Shown: positions 10,452 through 18,980 of the stretch, one piece after another
How the letters are laid out: each line of letters starts with the position of its first letter
How positions within the stretch are numbered: the stretch's first letter is position 1
NCBI RefSeq assembly: GCF_042679305.1
Contig: NZ_JBHTMP010000017.1
Span: forward strand, 13,551 to 77,550
Direction of reading: 5' to 3'
Source: Micromonospora sonneratiae
Lineage (GTDB): Bacteria; Actinomycetota; Actinomycetes; Mycobacteriales; Micromonosporaceae
Length of the DNA stretch: 64,000 bases
Notes under the pieces: model-generated
Databases searched by the model: none
The model's input: only the letters and a program-made list of their open reading frames with translations
Told to the model about the DNA's origin: nothing
Position numbers and translations under genes: made by a program

Positions 10452-10829
10452 ATGGATTACGTGGGAACTGCGTTGGCTGAAATGACTATGCCTCAGATCT
10501 CGCCGCTTGCCGGCGAGCCAATCGAACGTGCCGATGCCGAGCGTCTCGCGGGGGTTCTCAAGGCCCTTGCCGACCCGGCTCGTCTTCGGCTGCTCAGCCT
10601 GATCCAGTCGGCGCCCGAGGGCGAGGCGTGCGTGTGTGACCTCACCGCACCGCTTGGCCTCTCGCAGCCGACGGTCAGCCACCACTTGCGTATCCTCACC
10701 GAGGCCGGCTTGCTGGAGCGGGAGAAGCGCGGTGTGTGGGCGTACTACCGGCTGGTGCCGTCGGCGATCGCGACGATTGCCGACCTGCTGACCCCGCCCC
10801 GTAAGCGGGCGACCAAGAAGGCGCGCTGA
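10452..10829 (+). CDS. ArsR/SmtB-family metalloregulator
   Basis: LKALADPARLRLLSLI, alpha-3 metal site EACVCDL, recognition helix LSQPTVSHHLRILTEAGLL. Confidence 0.85.
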   Translation: MDYVGTALAEMTMPQISPLAGEPIERADAERLAGVLKALADPARLRLLSLIQSAPEGEACVCDLTAPLGLSQPTVSHHLRILTEAGLLEREKRGVWAYYRLVPSAIATIADLLTPPRKRATKKAR

Positions 10830-10843
10830 ATCAGAGTGAGCTG

Positions 10844-10877
10844 CCTGGTGCCGCCCCACTCGCGGGGTGGCACCAGG
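10844..10877 (+). terminator. Terminator-like hairpin after the ArsR gene
   Basis: 14-bp stem CCTGGTGCCGCCCC / GGGGTGGCACCAGG (one G-U pair), 15 nt after the stop. Confidence 0.5.
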
Positions 10878-11425
10878 CGGTCAACCGGGTGCGGTCACCG
10901 CAGTCGGTGATTCGACCTGCCCGCCGATTCTGATCGATCGCGATGAAACCGATCAGGCCCGCCCGACATCTCGACGTTGTTATCGGAGCGGCCTGCTTAT
11001 CGGTACTGTCATCAGCGTCGACATCCACCGTCGGTGGCGCTTCTTCGCGTCACTGATCGGATTGACGTGGTCGCAGATCGGATTGACGTGCTTGACTGAC
11101 GGCACCGTCAGTGCGAGTAGCGAGATGGTTACCCATCGGTTTCCGGCTGCTCCGATGTCCACCTCTGTGGGCGGTGCCTGTCCACCTCGCGGATGCTGCT
11201 GATGACGTCTGCGGTCCTCGCGATCGATCCAGCCGTCCTGGTGATCGATCTGCGGCTCTCGCGATCGGTAGTGCTTCCCTGCGGATCGGATCGGCACCAC
11301 GCCGCCGCAGCTGGTGTCGATCGCCACAGTTGGGGTCGCCACAGCCGCAGCCGCCACGGTGAACCGGCTACCGCCGGCCCAGCCGTGACGACCCCGTGGA
11401 TCCTGGCCCTGGCTGTTCGCGCTGT

Positions 11426-12379
11426 CTACTGCCCGTACGGCTGCTGACCGGAGGTCTGCTGGCCACCGTAGGTCTGTGGACCGCCGTACGTCTGCTGCCC
11501 GCCGTAGGTCTGCGGTCCGCCGTACGTCGGCTGCCCGTACGCCGGCTGCTGCTGCCCGTACGCCGGCTGCGTGGACGGTTGCTGGCCACCGTACGTCTGC
11601 TGGCCGTAGGCCGGCTGCTGCTGGCCGTACGCTGCCGGCTGGCCGTACGCCGGCAGTTGCTGGGTCTGGGTCTCCCCGTAGTGCTGCTGGGTCTCCTGGA
11701 TCGCCTGCTCCGCGGCGGCCTTCTCCTCGGGGCTAGTGCCCTTCTTCGCGCCCATCCGCGCCCGGAGCAGCTCGATGATGATCGGTACGACCGAGATGAA
11801 CACGATCGCGACCAGGATGAACTCGATGTTGGCCTTGACGAACGGGATCTGGCCGAGGAAGTAGCCGAGCACCGTGACACCGGTACCCCACAGGACGCCG
11901 CCGACGACGTTGTAGACCACGAACGTCTTGTAGTTCATCCGGCTCACCCCGGCCACGATCGGCGTGAAGGTCCGAACGATGGGTACGAAGCGGGCCAGGA
12001 CGATCGAGCGGGCGCCGTACTTCTCGAAGAACTCATGCGCCTTGATCAGGTTTTCCTGCTTGAACAGCCGTGAGTTGGGGCGTCGGAACAACGCCGGCCC
12101 CACCCGTCGCCCGAACAGGTAACCCACCTGGTCACCGGCGATCGCCGCGATCGTGATCAGCAGACACACCAGCCACAGCGGGTAGGTGATGTACTGCCCG
12201 TCGGCGGTGAGCAGACCGGTGGTGAACAGCAGCGAGTCACCCGGCAGGAAGAACCCGATCAGCAGGCCGGACTCGGCGAAGACGATGACCAGGATGCCGA
12301 GCAGCCCGAAGGTCGAGATCAACCACTCCGGATCCAGGAAATCGGGCCCCAGGGCCAGGGTGGTGGTGGGCGTCGGCAC
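11426..12379 (-). CDS. DedA/SNARE-associated family membrane protein with Q/Y/G-rich C-terminal tail
   Basis: FFLPGDSLLFTTGLL and FVPIVRTFTPIVAGVSRMNY are DedA hallmarks. About 85 aa of tail made of (Q)QPAYGQ / QTYGG repeats. Confidence 0.85.
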   Translation of the reverse strand: MPTPTTTLALGPDFLDPEWLISTFGLLGILVIVFAESGLLIGFFLPGDSLLFTTGLLTADGQYITYPLWLVCLLITIAAIAGDQVGYLFGRRVGPALFRRPNSRLFKQENLIKAHEFFEKYGARSIVLARFVPIVRTFTPIVAGVSRMNYKTFVVYNVVGGVLWGTGVTVLGYFLGQIPFVKANIEFILVAIVFISVVPIIIELLRARMGAKKGTSPEEKAAAEQAIQETQQHYGETQTQQLPAYGQPAAYGQQQPAYGQQTYGGQQPSTQPAYGQQQPAYGQPTYGGPQTYGGQQTYGGPQTYGGQQTSGQQPYGQ

Positions 12380-12429
12380 GAGGTGACCTCCGATGTCTTC
12401 CGGTCAGTGTCGGCTTTCATCCCCGTAGT

Positions 12430-12460
12430 GCCGGTGGCATGGTCTCTGCCCGCCACCGGC
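12430..12460 (-). terminator. Possible terminator of the hen1-pnkp operon
   Basis: 9-bp stem GCCGGTGGC / GCCACCGGC, 64-94 nt downstream (minus strand) of the Pnkp stop. Confidence 0.35.
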
Positions 12461-12523
12461 AACGGGCACGAAAATAGTCTAGGCCGCCTTCCGATACCCC
12501 CGGTGCGCGACGTCACACCAGGT

Positions 12524-15070
12524 CTACAGCCGTGGATCGACCGGTTCCGACTCACAGGCGAGGATGGCGAAGACCAACTCGTGTCGACGCCACAGCGGAG
12601 CACCCTCCGCCAGGCGGTCCAGAGCCGCCAACCCGAGCCCGTGCTCACGTAGCGCCAGCCCTCGCTTACGGCCCAGGGACCGCTGCCGCAGCGCTGCGAG
12701 CTGCTCCGGTTCGGTGTACTCCGGCCCGTAGATGATCCGCAGGTACTCCCGCCCACGGCACTTCACACCCGGCTGGAGCAGTCGACCCTTCCCGTCGACC
12801 GCCGCCAGCCCGGCGTACGGCTTGACCACCATGCCCTCGCCCCCGGCCGCGGTCAGCTCCAGCCACCACTGCGTCGCCTCCGCCACCGCCGCGTCGTCGT
12901 CGAGGTCCACGATCCGGCGTCGGGTCGGAGTGAACAACGCGGGGTCGGCGTCGTGCAGCCGGTCCGCCATGGCCAGGTGCCAGCCGTGGTCCCGGCCCGC
13001 GTGGGATGCGCCCTGACTGGCGAGTACGGCGAATGGGGCGAGCGTCACACCGTCCAGCCCGTCCGTCGGTGCCACGTACGCCCGGTAGGCGGCGGTGTAA
13101 CCGGCCACGTCTGCCTGCCGGCGGGACATCCGGTCCCGCAGTCCGGTCACCGGCAGGCCACGCCCGGCCGCCCGGTCCAGCACCTCCAGTACGGCGGGCA
13201 GCGCGGCCCGGCTGGCCGCCCCGACACTGGCGTACTGGTCGCGGATGAGTCCCATCGCCTTCGCCGACCAGGGCAGCAACTCACAGTCGAGCAGCAGCCA
13301 GTCGGTGTCCAGTTCGGCCCAGAGGCCGGCAGTGGTCACGGCGGACCGGACCCGGGCCAGCAGTGCCTCGTCCAACGGGCTCCCGAAGAAAGGTCGTCCG
13401 GTACGGGTGTAGACCACCCCGCCACCCGGTACCGCATCCGCCCCGGCCAAATGACCGGTTTCCTCCCGGCAGACCAGAACCACCGCGCGGGAGCCCATGT
13501 GCTTCTCCTCGCAGACCACCCGATCCACGCCGGCCGCCCGGTAGTCGGCGAATGCCTGTGCCGGGTGCTCCAGGAACCCGTCGACGGTGGAGGTCGAGCA
13601 CGGTGCCATCGTCGGCGGCAGCCACGGCAGCCAGTGGGGGTCGACGGAGAACCGGCTCATCACCTCCAGTGCTGCCGCCGCGTTCTCCGCCGCGACCGTC
13701 ACCTTCCCGTAGCCGTAGTCGAGGTGCCGTCGTCCGGTCACGTCGGCGAGATCGAGTACGTCGTCCTGGCGTACCGGTTCGGCGGCGACGGGAACCAGCG
13801 GCCGGGCCGGCGGGTAGTACTCCTTCGCGGCCGGTACCGAGACGAGGTCGCGTTCCGGGTAGCGCAGGGCGGTCAGCGAACCACCGAAGACGCAGCCGGT
13901 GTCGATGCAGATCGTGTTGTTGACCCACTCCGGGGTCGGGGTCGGGGTGTGCCCGTAGACCACCATGGCACTGCCCCGGTAGTCGCGCGCCCACGGGTAG
14001 CGCACCGGCAGGCCGTACTCGTCGGTTTCGCCGGTGGTCTCCCCGAACAGCGCGAACGCCCGTACCCGCCCGGATGCCCGGCCCTGGTACTCCTCCTTGA
14101 GTCCGGCGTGCGCGACCACGAGCCGCCCGCCGTCGAGCAGGTAGTGGCTGACCAGACCGTCGATGAAGGTGGCCGCCTCGGCGACGAAGGCCGGCTCTTC
14201 GGCTTCGAGCTGGGCCAGTGTCTCGGCCAGGCCGTGCGACACCGTGACGTTGCGACCACGCAGCTTGCGCAGCAACTTCTGCTCGTGGTTGCCCGGCACG
14301 CAGATGGCGGTGCCGGCCGCGACCATCCCCATCACCAGGCGGAGCACGCCCGGCGAGTCCGGGCCGCGGTCGACCAGGTCTCCGACGAAGACCGCCGTAC
14401 GGCCGGCCGGGTGCGTCGCGCCGACCGGACGCCCGTCGGTGTCGGTGTGCAGCGTCCAGCCCAACCGGACCAGCAGTGCCTCCAGTTCAGCCCGGCAACC
14501 GTGCACGTCACCGATGATGTCGAACGGACCGGTCAGCTCCTTCCGGTCGTTGTACAGCTTCTCGTACCGGATCTCGACAGTGTCGATCTCCTCCGGGCCG
14601 CGCAGCACGTGTACCTTGCGGAACCCCTCCCGGCCCAGGCGGCCGATGGAGCGTTGCAGGTCGCGTCGCATCCGGCCGAGGACCTGGCGACCGAAGGTAC
14701 GGTCGGCCCGGCTCTGCGTACGCTCCCAGCACAGCGGCTCGGGTACGTCGAGCACGATCGCCACCGGGAGCACGTCGTGTCCCCGGGCGAGCTGGACCAG
14801 CCCGGCACGGGCGTGAGGTTGCAGGTTGGTGGCGTCGACGACGGTCAACCGGCCGGCCCGGAGCCGCTTACCGGCGACGTAGTGCAGCGCGTCGAACGCC
14901 TCCGCCGAGGCGGACTGGTCGTTCTCGTCGTCGGCCACCATGGCCCGGAACGCGTCGGACGAGAGCACCTGGGTGGGCGCGAAGTGCCGGCGGGCGAAGG
15001 TCGACTTGCCCGAGCCGGAGATGCCGACCAGGGCGACCAGGGCCAGTTCGGGAATGTCGATGCTGGTCAC
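12524..15070 (-). CDS. pnkp: Polynucleotide kinase-phosphatase with ligase domain (bacterial Pnkp, RNA repair)
   Basis: GTG 15070 overlaps the hen1 stop (GTGA). Kinase P-loop GISGSGKST. Metallophosphatase motifs GDVHGC, GDLVDRGP, GNHE. Adenylyltransferase lysine motif EEKHMGSR. The upstream 216 codons of the 1064-aa ORF overlap hen1 out of frame and are rejected. Confidence 0.9.
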   Translation of the reverse strand: MTSIDIPELALVALVGISGSGKSTFARRHFAPTQVLSSDAFRAMVADDENDQSASAEAFDALHYVAGKRLRAGRLTVVDATNLQPHARAGLVQLARGHDVLPVAIVLDVPEPLCWERTQSRADRTFGRQVLGRMRRDLQRSIGRLGREGFRKVHVLRGPEEIDTVEIRYEKLYNDRKELTGPFDIIGDVHGCRAELEALLVRLGWTLHTDTDGRPVGATHPAGRTAVFVGDLVDRGPDSPGVLRLVMGMVAAGTAICVPGNHEQKLLRKLRGRNVTVSHGLAETLAQLEAEEPAFVAEAATFIDGLVSHYLLDGGRLVVAHAGLKEEYQGRASGRVRAFALFGETTGETDEYGLPVRYPWARDYRGSAMVVYGHTPTPTPEWVNNTICIDTGCVFGGSLTALRYPERDLVSVPAAKEYYPPARPLVPVAAEPVRQDDVLDLADVTGRRHLDYGYGKVTVAAENAAAALEVMSRFSVDPHWLPWLPPTMAPCSTSTVDGFLEHPAQAFADYRAAGVDRVVCEEKHMGSRAVVLVCREETGHLAGADAVPGGGVVYTRTGRPFFGSPLDEALLARVRSAVTTAGLWAELDTDWLLLDCELLPWSAKAMGLIRDQYASVGAASRAALPAVLEVLDRAAGRGLPVTGLRDRMSRRQADVAGYTAAYRAYVAPTDGLDGVTLAPFAVLASQGASHAGRDHGWHLAMADRLHDADPALFTPTRRRIVDLDDDAAVAEATQWWLELTAAGGEGMVVKPYAGLAAVDGKGRLLQPGVKCRGREYLRIIYGPEYTEPEQLAALRQRSLGRKRGLALREHGLGLAALDRLAEGAPLWRRHELVFAILACESEPVDPRL

Positions 15071-16659
15071 AGCGATTCCTTTCCACGCGCTTCGGTGCCG
15101 CTGCCCGTCGGCGCCTGGGGGCCGTTGTCCGTCGGCGCCTGAGGCTGGTTGTCCGCCGGCGATTCGGCACCGCTGCCCGCCGTCGGCGTGCCGCTGCTGA
15201 TTCGGCTGAAGACGGCGAGTTGGCTGGAGCAGCCCACCTCGGGGTCGGCCTCCCCCACGCCGCTGATCGACACCGTGTAGCCGTACGTCCGGCCGACCTC
15301 GTGTGCCCAGTCGGCGAACTGGGCGCGGGCCCACTCGAAGCGGTGGTCGGTGTGCCGCATCGCCGTCGGGGCCAGCCCCTCGTACCGCACGTTGTATTCG
15401 ACGTTCGGCGTCGTCACGATCACCGTGGTCGGCTGGGCGTGACCGAAGACGGCACTGGCCAACGCCGGCAGCCTTGGCGGGTCGACATGCTCGATGACCT
15501 CCATCAGCACGGCGGCGTCGAAGCCGCGTAGCCGGTCGTCGCGGTAGGTCAGCGCCGACTGCCACAGCCTGATCCGGTCCCGCTGCCGTTGCGGCAGTCG
15601 GTCCAGGCGCAGCCGACGTTCGGCCACCGCCAGCGCCACCGAGGAGACGTCGGTACCGACGATCTCGGTGAAGCGTCGGTCGCGGATCAGGTCGGCCAGC
15701 AGTGACCCACCACCGCACCCCAGGTCGAGTACGCGGGATGCGCCGCTGTCGACCAGGGCCGCCAGTACGGCCGTCCGGCGCTGCGCCGCCAGCGGCTGCC
15801 GCCCGACCGTCGGTTCGGCGGTGTCTGGTTCGACCGTGTCCGCCGTCGGCAGTTCGTCCCGGGACCGGAGTTCGGTCAGCCGGAGTTCGGCCGCCTGGGC
15901 TTCGTTCAGTTGGGTGAGTGCCTTACCGGCCAGCGCCCGTCGATGGGCGAGGTACCGGCGGATGATCAGCGACCGCTCCGGGTGCCGGGCCAGCCAGCCC
16001 TCGCCGGCCCGGAGCAGCTTGTCGATCTCGTCGGGGGCGACCCAGTAGTGCTTGGCGTCGTCGAGCACGGGAAGCAGGACGTAGAGATGGTTGAGTGCGT
16101 CGGCGAGCCGTACCGAACCGGTCAGCTTGAGATCGACGTACCGGCTGGCACCCCAGGACGGATGCTGGTCGTCGAGCGGGATCGCCGTGGCGGAGACGGT
16201 CCAGCCCAGCGGGGTGAACAGCCGATCGGCCAGGTCCGCCCCGCCTCGGCAGCGGAGCACCGGTACGCCGATCTCCAGCGGAATGGGCGTGCCGGTCAAC
16301 TCCGGGCGGTCCTTCGACGTACCCCGCAGGGCGGACCGGAACACCTTGGCCAGCGCGGACGCCAGCAGGCTGGAGGCGGCGTACGGCCGGTCGTTGACGT
16401 ACTGGCCGAGGGTGAAGCCCTCGGGTGCCGTACCCCGGCCGTTGTCCCTGCCCCGGCCAGGAGCCAGCCGGAGCGGGTCGACGTCGAGCAGCAGGGCAGC
16501 GGTGCAACGCGCCTCGGTCGCTTCCGGATAGAACACATGGACGGTGCCGGTCGGCACGTCGAAGGAGTGCGTCCGGTCCGGGTGCTTGACCAGCAGATAG
16601 CCGAGGTCGGTGGCCGGCTGGTGGGTGGTGGAGACGGTGAGCAGCACGCCGGACATCAT
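15067..16659 (-). CDS. hen1: Bacterial Hen1, 3'-terminal RNA ribose 2'-O-methyltransferase
   Basis: Starts MMSGVLLTVSTTHQPATDLGYLLVKHPDR (Hen1 N-terminal domain). SAM-binding RVLDLGCGGGSLL and EVIEHVDPPRL. Low-complexity C-terminal tail. Confidence 0.9.
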   Translation of the reverse strand: MMSGVLLTVSTTHQPATDLGYLLVKHPDRTHSFDVPTGTVHVFYPEATEARCTAALLLDVDPLRLAPGRGRDNGRGTAPEGFTLGQYVNDRPYAASSLLASALAKVFRSALRGTSKDRPELTGTPIPLEIGVPVLRCRGGADLADRLFTPLGWTVSATAIPLDDQHPSWGASRYVDLKLTGSVRLADALNHLYVLLPVLDDAKHYWVAPDEIDKLLRAGEGWLARHPERSLIIRRYLAHRRALAGKALTQLNEAQAAELRLTELRSRDELPTADTVEPDTAEPTVGRQPLAAQRRTAVLAALVDSGASRVLDLGCGGGSLLADLIRDRRFTEIVGTDVSSVALAVAERRLRLDRLPQRQRDRIRLWQSALTYRDDRLRGFDAAVLMEVIEHVDPPRLPALASAVFGHAQPTTVIVTTPNVEYNVRYEGLAPTAMRHTDHRFEWARAQFADWAHEVGRTYGYTVSISGVGEADPEVGCSSQLAVFSRISSGTPTAGSGAESPADNQPQAPTDNGPQAPTGSGTEARGKESL

Positions 16660-16796
16660 GGCAGCCAGATCATCGATACGTCGTCCGTTTTCCCCGCTCC
16701 TTTCGTTGCGAACTGCCCGACCGGGTGATTCCACGGATCCGCAATGGTTGCCGGGGCTCGGTACGTCCAAGGAGGCGAGGACCTCTGGAGGTGTCC

Positions 16797-17276
16797 GTGA
16801 CGTACGAGGAGTTCGCCGACTCCCGACTGGCGGCGTTACTGCGGTACGCGGTGATGTTGACCGGTGATCCACACCTGGCCCAGGACCTGGTGCAGGAAAC
16901 GATGGTGCGGGTGCAGCTCAACTGGCGGCGGGTGGACCGGGCCGACTCACCCGAACGCTACGTACGCCGAATGCTGACGAACCAGTTCGTCGACTGGCGG
17001 CGGGGGTCCTGGGTCAGGCGGGTGCTGTTGCGGGCCGAGCCGGAGGAACTCGCCGTACCGACGGACCACGCCCAGACCACCGCGGACCGGGACCAACTCT
17101 GGTCCCAGCTGGCCCGGCTGCCGCGCCGGCAACGGGCGGCGTTGGTGCTGCGCTACTACGAGGACCTGCCCGATGCGGAGATCGCCGAGGTGCTCGGGTG
17201 CGCGGTCGGGACCGTGCGGTCCGCCATCTCCCGTGCGCTGGCCACGCTTCGCGCCGAACTAGTGGAGGCTTGCTGA
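16797..17276 (+). CDS. ECF (group 4) RNA polymerase sigma factor
   Basis: GTG 16797 follows GGAGG. Region 2 DLVQETMVRVQLNWRR. Region 4 RQRAALVLRYYEDLPDAEIAEVLGCAVGTVRSAISRAL. Confidence 0.85.
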   Translation: MTYEEFADSRLAALLRYAVMLTGDPHLAQDLVQETMVRVQLNWRRVDRADSPERYVRRMLTNQFVDWRRGSWVRRVLLRAEPEELAVPTDHAQTTADRDQLWSQLARLPRRQRAALVLRYYEDLPDAEIAEVLGCAVGTVRSAISRALATLRAELVEAC

Positions 17277-18373
17277 TGATCGAGGACGACCTGCGGGCCT
17301 CCTTTGCCCGACACGAGACGCTGACCCCGGATGCCGGCCCGGTACGGGACGCCATCAACAGCACAGCGGTACGTAGACGGCGGCGGCGGTTCGTGACCCG
17401 GATGGCCGGTGCTGCCGTGGCTGTTCTCGTGGCCGTGTCGATGCCGGTGTTGGGCCGTACGCTCATGGCGGCTCCGACCCCGGTGCCGGAGACGGTCGGC
17501 AGCGTGCCCACGGCGGACCCGTCGGCTGCCGCGCTTCCCGACTCCGCGTTGAACTTCCTGCTGATCGGCGTCGACGGGGAAGCGGGTGGCCGGGACGTCA
17601 GCGATCGCGCCGACTCGGTGTTGATCGTGCACGTGCCCCGGGACCGGAGCCGGATGTACCTGGTCTCGCTGCCCAGGGATCTGGGGGTGGAGATTCCTGG
17701 GCACGGCTTCGGCAAGCTGAATGCGGCGTTCTTCCACGGCAGCCACCGGCCGGGCACCAGGTCGGATCTACGGGGTGGAGCTCGCCTGACGGTCCAAACC
17801 GTGACCAACCTGACCGGACTCCGCTTCGACGGAAGTGCAACGCTGACCTTTTCCGGCTTACGTGGCATCACCGACGCTGTCGGCGGAGTCCGGCTGTGTC
17901 TGCCCAGGAAGGTGCAGTCGGTCCACACCAAGCGGGTCTTCCCGGCCGGCTGCCAGCAACTCGACGGCGCCGCCTCGCTGGACCTGCTCCGGCAGCGCTA
18001 CCGGTTGTCCGAGGGGGCGCATGAGCGGGACCGCAACGGTCAACGGTTCACCCGGGCGATACTGACGAAGGTGTCGCCGACGTCGGACGGACTCGATCTG
18101 GCCAGGTCGATGGCGATCCTTGCGGCGGTCGACGACGGGGTGGTGCTGGATACCGGCACCCTGCCCATGGCCGGTCTGTTCGCCGCCCTGCAACGGACGT
18201 CCACGGTCGATCCGGTGGGGATCGGCTGGACCTATCGGGCCGAGTCGAAGGACGGACAGATCTTCGAGCGGCTCGATCCGTTGGTGAGTGGCAGCCTGTT
18301 CGAGGCACTCCGCCGTGACACCCTCGCCGCCTGGACGGCGCAGCATCCGGCCCAGCTGACCAGGTGGCAGTAG
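17276..18373 (+). CDS. LytR-CpsA-Psr (LCP) family protein with anti-sigma-like N-terminus and TM anchor
   Basis: ATG overlaps the sigma stop (TGATG). MIEDDLRASFARHE...RRRRRRF, then TM AGAAVAVLVAVSMPVLG, then LCP core NFLLIGVDG...RADSVLIVHVPRD...LVSLPRDL...GKLNAAF. Confidence 0.85.
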   Translation: MIEDDLRASFARHETLTPDAGPVRDAINSTAVRRRRRRFVTRMAGAAVAVLVAVSMPVLGRTLMAAPTPVPETVGSVPTADPSAAALPDSALNFLLIGVDGEAGGRDVSDRADSVLIVHVPRDRSRMYLVSLPRDLGVEIPGHGFGKLNAAFFHGSHRPGTRSDLRGGARLTVQTVTNLTGLRFDGSATLTFSGLRGITDAVGGVRLCLPRKVQSVHTKRVFPAGCQQLDGAASLDLLRQRYRLSEGAHERDRNGQRFTRAILTKVSPTSDGLDLARSMAILAAVDDGVVLDTGTLPMAGLFAALQRTSTVDPVGIGWTYRAESKDGQIFERLDPLVSGSLFEALRRDTLAAWTAQHPAQLTRWQ

Positions 18374-18377
18374 CCGG

Positions 18378-18587
18378 TCAGCGGTAGTCGTCCTCCGGGC
18401 CGATGATCCGGGCCTGCTCCAGCGCGTCCCACTCGGCGACTTCGAGGCCCCGATGCACGACAGGTTCGTCCTCGGCCGGATCGGCGACGATCGTCTGCTC
18501 GGCGACGTCGTCCGCCGACGCCTCCAGGTCCCGTTCCTCGGGCACCAGGTGGTCACCGGGCGCGAACTCCTCGTCGGGCTGGGTCAT
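18378..18587 (-). CDS. Small acidic protein (69 aa), function unknown
   Basis: MTQPDEEFAPGDHLVPEERDLEASADDVAEQ... About 30% D/E. AGGAGG lies upstream of the ATG. No recognisable catalytic motif. Confidence 0.5.
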   Translation of the reverse strand: MTQPDEEFAPGDHLVPEERDLEASADDVAEQTIVADPAEDEPVVHRGLEVAEWDALEQARIIGPEDDYR

Positions 18588-18980
18588 CGTCGCCTCCTTC
18601 CGGCCGTCGGCTGAGCCGGGTAGCCTGCCCCACCGGGATAATCCGCCCCTACCGGACAGATTGCCACCCGGGTAGGTCCACCGTACGGGTTCTGCCGTCT
18701 TCCCGCCGTCGCTGGCGCCCGGACACGGCCGTACCCGGATTAACACGGCTCGTACCCGGATTCTCCGGATGTTGCCCGTACCCGGACCCTGCGACGTTGC
18801 TCGTGTCCGGACTCCTTGCCCAGGGGCGTCCGGCGGCAAACACCGGACGCAATGCCGGTGGCCGGCCCGCTGCCGGTCAGGGACCGGTTACTTCCGGCTG
18901 GCCGGGCGGGTCGTCCGTGGTTGGTGGATCAGTCGCGGGATTGGCTTACCGAGGGCCGGTGGGAGTGACAAGATGGGAAA

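Noticed and set aside
11150-11195. Two TGTCCACC motifs, considered as DnaA boxes or an origin
   Set aside because: There are only two partial matches to TTGTCCACA. There is no AT-rich unwinding element and no dnaA/dnaN context. oriC is not expected here.
10900-11330. Apparent clustering of GATC sites (about 14 in 400 bp), considered as a methylation or replication-related feature
   Set aside because: GATC is similarly frequent in ordinary coding sequence of this window (ATC/GAT-C codon junctions), so the density is not exceptional.
12953-15142. 729-aa plus-strand ORF
   Set aside because: It is entirely antisense to the motif-rich Pnkp gene. The translation is Arg/Gly/Pro/Val-rich with no motifs. 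This is a typical shadow ORF of high-GC coding DNA.
15071-15718. N-terminal 216-codon extension of the Pnkp ORF (1064 aa in the track); likewise 16660-16872 for Hen1
   Set aside because: The extension overlaps the 3' end of hen1 out of frame and is Arg/Gly/Pro-rich. The conserved protein begins at GTG 15070 (VTSIDIPELALVALVGISGSGKST). Hen1 homology begins at MMSGVLLTVST.
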